A stretch of 64,000 bases of DNA from a virus, in IMG/VR virus record IMGVR_UViG_2917587430_000001, positions 25,228 to 89,227 of that record; one strand, 5' to 3'. Numbering within the stretch: position 1 is the stretch's first letter; each line of letters begins with the position of its first letter. The notes beneath the pieces are model-generated. The model made no database searches, was not told the origin of the DNA, and saw nothing but the letters and a program-made list of their open reading frames with translations. Below, piece after piece: positions 55,496-64,000 of this stretch. The translations under genes and the position numbers were made by a program.

Positions 55496-58400
55496 GTGGC
55501 AACTACTGTTGGCGAATTAGTGCTGGAGTTGGGCTTAGACCCAACTATTTATAACGAAGGTCTGGAGAACGCGCACAAAGACGCGATCGCCATTGGTCAG
55601 GAGATAGAGGCAAGCTTACGGACATCTCTACCAGTCCTTACGCCCAAAGTTGATGACTCAGCTCTAACGAAACTGAATAAGCATTATGACCTTAAAGAAC
55701 GCCATGCCAAGCAGGTCAACCGCTACCTTTCTCAGAACCCGCTCAAAGTCAAAGTTGATTTCTCTCAACTGAACCAGCTTGAGCGCAAATTAGACAGGCT
55801 TGAGCGACGCAGAACCATTGCCTCAATTAGCACTCAAGCTAGCGGCAGTTCGGGGGGTGACTCTAACTCTCAACTTGCTGAGATGATCGGCAAGGCAGTT
55901 GCACGAAATCTTAGACCGGGTTTGGCAGGACGCGCAGCGGGGTTAGTGGGGAATGTTCTAGCAACTCCCGGCAGGGTAGCTGGCAGAACACTGGCTGGGG
56001 TTGCTGAAGGGTTGATGTTCGGCGTAACGCAGGAGGTCAGCCGCAACTTAGGCAAAGGGTTATCAAAAGCAATTGAGAATAGCCTTTCTAGTTCTGTAGG
56101 CAGTTCAGAGCTATTAGGGGAGAAGGTTGGAGGGGCGATCGCTCAATCAATGGGGCGATCGATGTCCAGCAAGTTTAAGGATTTACCTGAGAACTTAAAC
56201 AACCTGGTAGATGGATTAGAAGTTGACTCTAAGCTAAGGCGTAAGTTCAAGCAAGCGATTACTGAAATAGAAGATTTTCAGAAGCAGGCTGGAGAACTGC
56301 TAACCGAAACTTTGGGCGGACAACCAGCAATTCAACAAGAAGCGTTATATCAGCGTGGAACTCAATCTCGCGATCGCCGGCGCAAAACTCCTATAACTCA
56401 AGACCAGGCAGCAGAAGAGTGGCGCGAGTCGTTACGGACTAGGGATCGGGTACAGGCTTTAGCAGCCACCAGGACAACTAAAAACAGTCAACAACTCCAA
56501 CGCTTGAGGGGTGAATACGGCGGCACTCAGCGACAGTTTGCAGAACTGGAGAACCAGATTCAACAAGCTCAACAGTCTGGTGCTCCAGCCGAAGAAATCG
56601 AAGGGCTGACAACTCAGCTCAGGCGAACTGGAGCTAAGCTGCAAGGCTTGGCTCAAGCAATGCAGAACGTTATTAAGTACCAAGAAACTGTTGATAAGGC
56701 TGTAGTTGAAGCACAACAACGTGTCAGGGCAGGCTATCAACGAGTACAGACTCTAGCTCCAAAACCTCAGCCTAGAACTTATGTAGATTTAGTTCGTCAA
56801 GTCACCGGCAAAGATTTAGCACCAGACAAAATTCCTCAATTGAGGATTGCAGACGCTTCACTCAAAAAATCTGGAGCGCTCAGCCAATACGACCCCGCTC
56901 GAAATGCAATCGAAGTAACTCGTAAAACTTACGAAGCGATTGAGAATAACACCCTCACTCCTCAGCAAGTTGAGATGCTGAAGGAGGAGCTAGAACATGC
57001 TGTAGATTTCGACTTTGGCTCCTTCCGTGGGCTACAAGCTGCCAAACAGAGCCGAGTAGTGGGTAAACCTGTTGTTCCTACTGCTGAGGAGTTTGCTGCG
57101 ATCGCCCCTGGACTAGCTCCCTATGCTCCAGAGCGGAGGGCACTAGAGCTAAATGCCAAAGTCAAAGCCCGTAGAGGCATGACTGCCTATGAACAAGAGT
57201 CTAAGCAAGGACTGTTGCTCAATAATGTCCCAACTCTGGCTTCTAATAAGGAGGCGATCGCTAACCAAAGAACGCAGTTGCAGGCAAAATTGCAACAGAT
57301 TGGAAAAATTAGCGCTCTAACCGGAAACGACCTATCAAAAGCACTTGAGTCTTACAACGGTTTCTTCGATTCACTTCAGCAGAAAATAGAACGAACTGTT
57401 GAAGAAATGCTGTCAGATATTGATGGCTTAGATCAGTCTAAGGTCAACTCTATCGTCCAGAAGATAAAAGGCTATTGGGGAACCGTAGAGGGATTGAATC
57501 AGAAGGTCAATCAACTACTTCAGAAACAAATTGATGATGTTTCTGTTACCTCTAACTATGACGTTTGGACGGGCAAATTAGAGCGTTCTAAAAATTCAGG
57601 CTTATCCAATCAACCTCTAGGAACGGTTGATGATAAGTTTCTAGATCCAAATTTCGATCCGTTTGCGATAGATCGTCCCCCTGTTGCAATTCCCCTTCAG
57701 TTATCCATGCCAGAGGCAGAGCTTGTACCCGTACAGATTCAGCCTAAGCAGTCTCAAGCCATATCTAACACAGGTAAAGGCTTTACAAAACCAGCACAGA
57801 AGACAATTGATGCAACTAATCAAACCATTGCAAAAGTCACTCAAGCTGCTGCTCAAACTACTCAAAGTGCGATCGCTGAAGCCCAGAAGTTAGAAAATGC
57901 TTTCTCTGGCTTGTACAAGGGGTTGCAGGACGCAATCAAGAAGGGGGATGACCAGCTTGTAAAGGCTTACGGCAACGAGCTTAAAGATATGGCAGAGACT
58001 AGCCGCTCTGCCATCAACGCTTTAGTTGAACAAGCTAAACAGTCTGGTGAGGCGTTTGGATCAGAAGCCTTAGCCAAATTGGGAGGAGTGAAAGGTAGGC
58101 TAACTCAGCGCTTCAACTTAGCTCAACGAGGTACGGCAAAATACGAGCGGAAGAGGGCTGCTGAAGGAGAAGACTTAACGGCTCAATCCTTAGACCCAGA
58201 AGCCGCTAGGGGAGTTAACAAAACCCTTCAAACTCTAAAGCGCTCAATCCACAGATCAATTGATACGCTAAATTCTCTAACTGCCAGTCTCGCCAATGTT
58301 GAGCCACAAGAGAGCTTTGGAAAAACCCTTCAGAAAGCAGCGGTTTCGGAGCGTGGCAAAGACCTTTTAGTCAATACTGGCGGATTCATCGCATCTAACC

Positions 58401-61400
58401 TTGCCAGCCAGCAGGGACTGTTGCCAGAACTGGGAGGCGATTTGATTGGAGCACTTGTTACTCGACAAGTCGTTGAAGCTGGCATTGCTGGCAAGGATGC
58501 TTACAGCAAGCTTCAGAACGACGAAACCTTTAAAGCAGCAGATGCTCTGAAGAAGTTTTCGATGATCCTTACCGAGGTCACCGCAAAGCTGCAAAGTTCT
58601 GAATTTGGTGAGGAGCAGAACGGGGCGTTATTTGGTGACATTGCAGGGTTTACTGTCGGCAATTTGATTAAGGAGTTGCCTAAAACCATTGCTCCAGGTC
58701 TACCAGGAATGGATCTGCTAGGTCAGATACCCGGTAGAGGAGCACTGGCAGCTTCTCAGGCAGTTCCAATGCTCTCGAAGATGAGGGCGCAGATTACTCA
58801 GCAATTACAGTCCGGTCAATACAGTGGCGAAGAGTTGAAAGCTCAACGCCTAGACCTCAGCTACAAAGGGCTGAAACCCAATAAGCAGATGAATGATGCC
58901 GAGAGAGTCTTTCTTGAGCACATCATTGAGCTGTTGGACGATGCGATTGTCAAAGCAAGACAATTTGACCTTGCTTTTGGCATGTTAGACGCGCCTTCAA
59001 TGAGGCAGTTTGAAGAGAGCCTTGAGGGAGTAAACGAAGCGCTGGACTCAGACGGCACAAAGATTGTTGCTCAGGTTCAGAAAACTATTGCTGATTACGA
59101 AAGAACTGTTCAAGAGTTAGAGAAAAGCTACGCTGAGCGATTCCAAACCTCACAGGATGACCTTGATGAAACATTCCGCTATCGCGAAGCTTATGCCGAG
59201 TTACTTGGAGATGGACAAGACCCACAGGAGTTAGACCTGGCGATCGTTCCTCCCAGACCACCTGAGGGTGACGGTTTCTTTGGAGCACTGAGAGGAGATC
59301 TTGACGATATTGTTCAACGGCTCGGCGGCTTAAAGAACGCCGCAGGAGTGGCGTTCAAGGCAATCGTTGGGTTTGCGGCAGCTAGCATTGTTCTCCCATT
59401 TTTGACCGAGCTTGCGACCTCTGCTCTGGACGTAGCAACGGAGATGGAAGGGCTAGAGCGTCGGTTTAAGTTTGCCTATGGGTCGATGGCGGAGGGGCGT
59501 GCTGTCATAGCAGAGGTTAGAACCGATGCAAATGCGCTCGGAGCTGACCTGAGACAGGCATTGGAGGGGCGTGCTCAGTTGGCGATCGCTGCGAAGGGTA
59601 CGGCGGCACAAGGCGAAATCGCAGACCAAACAGCCAGAGCAATCACGCAGGCGGGTACTGTGTATGGACTGAACCCAGAGCGACAGCAAAATGCAAATCT
59701 GGCAGTCGCCCAGATGTTTCAAAAATCGGTGATCAGCGCAGAAGAACTGCGTGGGCAGCTCTCGGAGACGGGGCTAGGTAACCCTATTCAGACAATGGCG
59801 GACGCAGTGGGTGTTGACGTTGCTGAGTTGAACAAAATGATGGAAAGACGGGAATTGGTAATCGAAGAGGTATTTCCTAAATTTTCGGCACAACTTAACG
59901 CTGAAACTTCTGTTGCTATTCCTGACCTAGCATCGTCTTCTCAAGCTTCGATCAACCGCTTCAATAACTCAATGTTGAACGTGCAGGAGAGCATTGGTAA
60001 GCCTCTGCTACCTGTTCGCAATACAGGATTAGATGTTCTTGCAAGCAGTATGGATTTAGCGTCCAACTCAGCCGGAACATTGGTGAAGACATTTGGGGCG
60101 ATCGCACTGACCCCAGTTGTCAAAATGTTGTTTGATGTTGCTAAGTCAGCGATCGCCTCAGCTCAAGGAATGACACTGGCTGGAGTTGGAGTTAAAACGC
60201 TTGACTTCAGCATGAAATCGCTTGCTAGCACTGCAAAGTTTGTGAAAGGGGCTTTAGGAGCAGTTGCGCTTCCTGCTGCCATTTTCTTGGCGATCGATGT
60301 CGTTAGCTCTTTTGGCAAAGCCTTCAAGGACGCAGGTGGAGAGGTGCGAGAATTTGCAGAGCAAGGCGTAACCAGTTTGCAAAAATATGACGAAGCTCTA
60401 GCCAATCTACAAAATCGTTCTGGTAGAGGTTTAACACCCCCCGAACTACCACAGCCGACTGGAGTTCAAACCGAGTTTGGCGACACAGGTGAAACACTAA
60501 TGAGTGGACCGCTCGGTGCCTTTGAGCGATTTATTCAGAATGACTCGATTGGCAAGGCGATCGGAACATACATGCCTCTTAGAACGTATGGGCAAGTTCA
60601 GGCGGAGCAACAATCTATTGCCCAAAGCGACTTTTTGCTTAATACCAGCGATACTCGCGGACGACTTTTAGGGGAACTTCAGAGGTATGACCTAAACCCT
60701 GACGGAGAAGGGTTAATTGCTCAAGTTCGAGGCATTGATCAGCAGTTAGAGGAAACCCAGGGACAACGACGGGCACTGTTGCCGGGAGATATAGAAGGAC
60801 GTAGAGCGCTCGACAAGCAAATAGACGAGTTGTTGCAACAGCGTGAAGAACCTGGTCGGCTGTTGGCACAGTTGAAACAGCTAAATTTGAGCAAAATTGA
60901 GCAGCTTCAGCAGCAGATTCAGGCAGCTTCAGCAGCAGGTGACACCGAGTCTTTAAGCAGGCTTCAAAGCGAGTTAGACGCTACTACTGCGGCAGTAGAC
61001 AAGCTCAACGGCTTGATTGGCAAAACTCCTGATGTGCTGGGACGGTTGGCGCGTGGGTTTGCTGAAATTCAGGCTGAGCTGGAACAACTGAACATGGAGC
61101 TGGATCGCAGCGCTGCCTCTAATCGGAAAGCGATCGCCTCTGCCCAAATCTCGGGTGCAACGCCGGGAGAGCTTGAGTTTGCCCGGAGTTTGGCAGATCA
61201 AACCAATATGCGCGGAAGGATAGGCGCGAACCAGTCTGCAATCGATCGGATTCGCAGCACGGTAACAGGTAGTCAGGAAACAATGGATGCTTTGAGTTCT
61301 GTAGGAATCAACTCCATTGACCAGATTAATCCTGCTGACCTGACTGGAAGAATCCAAAACATGGAGGACTCCACTCAAAAGAGTCTGATTGAGCAGGCGA

Positions 61401-63433
61401 TCGCCCAGAAACAGCAGATTGATAGCCTCACTACCCAGAACTTCGATTTGGATGCCCAAGTTCAAGAGAGCCAAGCCGCTGCTGTTGAAAAGCTGAGAAG
61501 CTTGGCAAATCAGGTTTTTGACTTCTTCAGAGGCATTGAGCAAGCCGCACGGGATACTCAATTACAAGCCCAACAGACCGCTCTGCAAATCCAAACTGAG
61601 GCGGCTCAGAGCAGATTGAAAGGGGCACTGATCGGTTTCCAAGACTCGTTCCTCAATGATTTTGTCAACTCGCTGGTTGGCATGATTGAGGCACTGAATA
61701 AGCCGCTCAATGATGCGATCGCCGCTCAGCAGCAAATTCTTTCAGCTCAAAATCAATACTTCCAGCAGATTCAACAGTCGTTCCAACTGGGTCAGCAATT
61801 ACCTAGCAATCAACAAGTGGCAGCGATGGCAGGTGAACAAACTGCCCCGTCTGACCCATTCACCCCACTGCCAGCGGGTCTGCCTATTGCACCAACTAGT
61901 GGGCAGGGACAAGGACGAGGGGTGATTGCCCCCGGTTCACGGCAGTTAGCAGCAGCTGTGCCAGCCATCCCAGTTGGGTCTACTCAGATGACGGCTCCTC
62001 AAATTCAGGGGCAGCTTGGGGCACTGGCGCAACTCGACCCAGTATCGGCGCAAGCATTCAGCCAACAAGGGTTAGACGCTGCGGCAGCGCAGGCAGCGCA
62101 GAACTACCAGGCGCAGGTAGACATGATTAATCAGCAGCTTGCAGCCTCACAGCAGTTTGCTCAGCTTGAGGCAACGATGCAGGCAGACTCAGCCAATCGT
62201 TCCCTGTGGGAGGCAACGCGACGGATTGACGACACGTCGAGGGGCTATACCCGCAGTCTGCAAGACCTATTTGCACGGGGAGAGGTAGAGACACCGCTCA
62301 CCCAAATTCAGGGGACTTTCCGAGGCATGACGCGAGAGTTTGAGGACTCTATGCGCGGCATGGAGGACTTCCGGCGTGGTTTGCAACAGACTGTAGACCA
62401 AGCTGAGATGTTGCAACAGGTCATTCGTGACGGTGTGGCTCAAGGCATCATGCCGCGTGAAATGCTGCAAATGTTGCCGCAGTTGCAACAAATGTCAGAT
62501 GCAGCTAGAGATGACCTGAACGAGCTAGCTGGCACGATGACTGATTATGAGCAAGCCTTTGAACAGGCAGTGCGACGGCAACAGGATGAGTTCAAACGAC
62601 AAGAGGGTGAGCGGCGTTTTCAGGCACGGCAACGGCTTGGAGGATACGACGTACAGATGTATGGCGAACGAGCGCAGCAGGCACGGCTAGGAGGCAACGA
62701 GGGTGTTGCTCGCAGTTTGGAGTATCGGGCTAGATATCTGGAGACGCAAAACCAGTATGAGGGACAGTTCCGGGAACTTCAGGAGTTGCAGCGCACCGGA
62801 CAGATTACCGCTAACGAATTTGAACGGATGGCAGGGGCGTTGCAAGGACTGAACCAGATTTCACTAAGGAACCTGCGAACGGAGGTAGAGAAGACGAACA
62901 ATGAGATTGCAGCTAGTGCTCTATTTGGGGGACAGGGGCAGGATATGAACCGAGGCGATCGCCGTCGAGTGCTGCGGGATGCCCAGGAAGATTTCAGGTT
63001 GGCAGCTAGCACTGGAGAGTTAAACCAGAGTCAACAAAGAGAGTTTCGCGAAGCATTCAGTGCAGTTAACAGCAGCGGGAATGCCTCAGATCAACAGTTG
63101 GTCAGACTGTCCAATCGCTTTCAGGACAATGCTTTCTTCAACGAATTGATGCAGATGACAGGGCGTGGAGATATAACGGCGATCGCCGGCATTTCGGAGC
63201 AAACTGCCTCTACTCGAATGACTGAGACAGCAGATCAAGGTTCGTCAATGATCGAGGCATATCGAGCTGCAAACAGTGGTGTTGAGCAGCGGTTAGACAC
63301 ACTCAACACCAATATTATTCAATTGGCAAACTCGCCGCGATCGCTGACCGTGCAAACTCCAGACCCCATTAGGGATATGGGTCAAATTCTTTCCGAGCAA
63401 AGTAGACAGAAAATGGAGTCGATAGGACTGTGA
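55496..63433 (+). CDS. Tape measure protein (2645 aa)
   Basis: MATTVGELVLELGLD N-terminus; tape-measure motif QMFQKSVISAEELRGQLSE; extended Ala/Gln-rich helices. Confidence 0.88.
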   Translation: MATTVGELVLELGLDPTIYNEGLENAHKDAIAIGQEIEASLRTSLPVLTPKVDDSALTKLNKHYDLKERHAKQVNRYLSQNPLKVKVDFSQLNQLERKLDRLERRRTIASISTQASGSSGGDSNSQLAEMIGKAVARNLRPGLAGRAAGLVGNVLATPGRVAGRTLAGVAEGLMFGVTQEVSRNLGKGLSKAIENSLSSSVGSSELLGEKVGGAIAQSMGRSMSSKFKDLPENLNNLVDGLEVDSKLRRKFKQAITEIEDFQKQAGELLTETLGGQPAIQQEALYQRGTQSRDRRRKTPITQDQAAEEWRESLRTRDRVQALAATRTTKNSQQLQRLRGEYGGTQRQFAELENQIQQAQQSGAPAEEIEGLTTQLRRTGAKLQGLAQAMQNVIKYQETVDKAVVEAQQRVRAGYQRVQTLAPKPQPRTYVDLVRQVTGKDLAPDKIPQLRIADASLKKSGALSQYDPARNAIEVTRKTYEAIENNTLTPQQVEMLKEELEHAVDFDFGSFRGLQAAKQSRVVGKPVVPTAEEFAAIAPGLAPYAPERRALELNAKVKARRGMTAYEQESKQGLLLNNVPTLASNKEAIANQRTQLQAKLQQIGKISALTGNDLSKALESYNGFFDSLQQKIERTVEEMLSDIDGLDQSKVNSIVQKIKGYWGTVEGLNQKVNQLLQKQIDDVSVTSNYDVWTGKLERSKNSGLSNQPLGTVDDKFLDPNFDPFAIDRPPVAIPLQLSMPEAELVPVQIQPKQSQAISNTGKGFTKPAQKTIDATNQTIAKVTQAAAQTTQSAIAEAQKLENAFSGLYKGLQDAIKKGDDQLVKAYGNELKDMAETSRSAINALVEQAKQSGEAFGSEALAKLGGVKGRLTQRFNLAQRGTAKYERKRAAEGEDLTAQSLDPEAARGVNKTLQTLKRSIHRSIDTLNSLTASLANVEPQESFGKTLQKAAVSERGKDLLVNTGGFIASNLASQQGLLPELGGDLIGALVTRQVVEAGIAGKDAYSKLQNDETFKAADALKKFSMILTEVTAKLQSSEFGEEQNGALFGDIAGFTVGNLIKELPKTIAPGLPGMDLLGQIPGRGALAASQAVPMLSKMRAQITQQLQSGQYSGEELKAQRLDLSYKGLKPNKQMNDAERVFLEHIIELLDDAIVKARQFDLAFGMLDAPSMRQFEESLEGVNEALDSDGTKIVAQVQKTIADYERTVQELEKSYAERFQTSQDDLDETFRYREAYAELLGDGQDPQELDLAIVPPRPPEGDGFFGALRGDLDDIVQRLGGLKNAAGVAFKAIVGFAAASIVLPFLTELATSALDVATEMEGLERRFKFAYGSMAEGRAVIAEVRTDANALGADLRQALEGRAQLAIAAKGTAAQGEIADQTARAITQAGTVYGLNPERQQNANLAVAQMFQKSVISAEELRGQLSETGLGNPIQTMADAVGVDVAELNKMMERRELVIEEVFPKFSAQLNAETSVAIPDLASSSQASINRFNNSMLNVQESIGKPLLPVRNTGLDVLASSMDLASNSAGTLVKTFGAIALTPVVKMLFDVAKSAIASAQGMTLAGVGVKTLDFSMKSLASTAKFVKGALGAVALPAAIFLAIDVVSSFGKAFKDAGGEVREFAEQGVTSLQKYDEALANLQNRSGRGLTPPELPQPTGVQTEFGDTGETLMSGPLGAFERFIQNDSIGKAIGTYMPLRTYGQVQAEQQSIAQSDFLLNTSDTRGRLLGELQRYDLNPDGEGLIAQVRGIDQQLEETQGQRRALLPGDIEGRRALDKQIDELLQQREEPGRLLAQLKQLNLSKIEQLQQQIQAASAAGDTESLSRLQSELDATTAAVDKLNGLIGKTPDVLGRLARGFAEIQAELEQLNMELDRSAASNRKAIASAQISGATPGELEFARSLADQTNMRGRIGANQSAIDRIRSTVTGSQETMDALSSVGINSIDQINPADLTGRIQNMEDSTQKSLIEQAIAQKQQIDSLTTQNFDLDAQVQESQAAAVEKLRSLANQVFDFFRGIEQAARDTQLQAQQTALQIQTEAAQSRLKGALIGFQDSFLNDFVNSLVGMIEALNKPLNDAIAAQQQILSAQNQYFQQIQQSFQLGQQLPSNQQVAAMAGEQTAPSDPFTPLPAGLPIAPTSGQGQGRGVIAPGSRQLAAAVPAIPVGSTQMTAPQIQGQLGALAQLDPVSAQAFSQQGLDAAAAQAAQNYQAQVDMINQQLAASQQFAQLEATMQADSANRSLWEATRRIDDTSRGYTRSLQDLFARGEVETPLTQIQGTFRGMTREFEDSMRGMEDFRRGLQQTVDQAEMLQQVIRDGVAQGIMPREMLQMLPQLQQMSDAARDDLNELAGTMTDYEQAFEQAVRRQQDEFKRQEGERRFQARQRLGGYDVQMYGERAQQARLGGNEGVARSLEYRARYLETQNQYEGQFRELQELQRTGQITANEFERMAGALQGLNQISLRNLRTEVEKTNNEIAASALFGGQGQDMNRGDRRRVLRDAQEDFRLAASTGELNQSQQREFREAFSAVNSSGNASDQQLVRLSNRFQDNAFFNELMQMTGRGDITAIAGISEQTASTRMTETADQGSSMIEAYRAANSGVEQRLDTLNTNIIQLANSPRSLTVQTPDPIRDMGQILSEQSRQKMESIGL

Positions 63434-63539
63434 GATATGGACGAGCAGCATCTTCTCATCATTGCCTAACTGGAATTGATAGCTGCAATTTAGAGAAAGA
63501 CATTTAGGCTTAATTATTGGATTGGGTCACCGTTCTTGA

Positions 63540-63622
63540 GCAGAACTTTTCATGTAAGCGGCATGAGTTTTTGAGATATTACCAGCAGTTTTGCGTCCGT
63601 CCGCTGCAAGCGCTGGTTAGAC
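63540..63622 (-). other. attC site
   Basis: GTCTAAC-CAGCGCTTGCAGCGGACG...CATGCCGCTTACATGAAAA-GTTCTGC. Confidence 0.8.
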
Positions 63623-63633
63623 CACGACCTACA

Positions 63634-64000
63634 TCACAAGTGCTTTTGGATATAAGTCGCTGTTGAGTTCTCATGAGGAAATGCCTCTTCTGGAATTTCT
63701 AGATCAAGCGCTCGACACAGCGGCTCCCAGCCGTTACTAGCCTCCCATTCAAGTAGCCTTTGCCCTAAGCCAGAGTTCCGGACAAGCTCATTGTGCCGAT
63801 CAAAAGCTTCGATACAGACTGAGCGATTAGCCAGGTCTAGGGTAAATTTATTCTCAAACAATTCATTGATCATAGAGCGCCACGCACCTTCCGATTTCCT
63901 GATTCTTGGAAAGATCGTTGAACTTGCACTCTGCCACCATAAATCAGCGTCTCTATGGGAAAGAATAATAAGAGAGTTAGGGTAGATAGTACTCAACTCA
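63634..64000 (-). CDS. Gene cassette: P-loop sulfotransferase-family protein, C-terminal part
   Basis: YPNSLIILSHRDADLWWQS...HNELVR...RLLEW...GWEPLCRAL..IPEEAFPHEN; ORF runs off the window. Confidence 0.8.
   Translation of the reverse strand, partial: ELSTIYPNSLIILSHRDADLWWQSASSTIFPRIRKSEGAWRSMINELFENKFTLDLANRSVCIEAFDRHNELVRNSGLGQRLLEWEASNGWEPLCRALDLEIPEEAFPHENSTATYIQKHL

Noticed and set aside
1-64000. tRNA/rRNA genes
   Set aside because: No cloverleaf or rRNA-like sequence was recognised by eye; a tRNAscan-SE run would be needed to exclude them.

Overview
The window is a segment of a large temperate cyanobacterial phage (prophage or phage-plasmid); the host is inferred from the dense HIP1 octamer GCGATCGC. 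The backbone carries head/virion genes (1-4.7 kb), an early leftward operon with AlkB and an iteron-containing replication gene, a two-HTH genetic switch, a XerC-like recombinase with a lox/dif-like site, a 7-deazaguanine DNA-modification cluster (QueE, two QueD-like, ParB-like, DpdA-like), a TnpB, a Rad52-like annealase, a terminase small subunit and a 2645-aa tape measure protein. The main observation is that the backbone is interrupted by at least six AT-rich blocks of integron gene cassettes. I count 15 attC-like sites, three attI-like sites inside a repeated ORF-less ~460-bp platform with a 40-bp periodic palindrome array, a frameshifted intI remnant, and an ORF-less group IIC-attC intron inserted at TTGT/TA. 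Several block ends coincide with HIP1 sites. Cassette cargo is largely defence-like (Mrr-type nuclease, three HEPN-like proteins, SIR2-TIR, caspase plus alpha/beta-hydrolase, HNH-like) or cell-wall active. A second over-represented 11-mer (GTTCGGGGGGT, at least 14 copies) and two 24-nt insertions that split HIP1 sites were also found. All product calls come from visual motif recognition only; no database searches were run.
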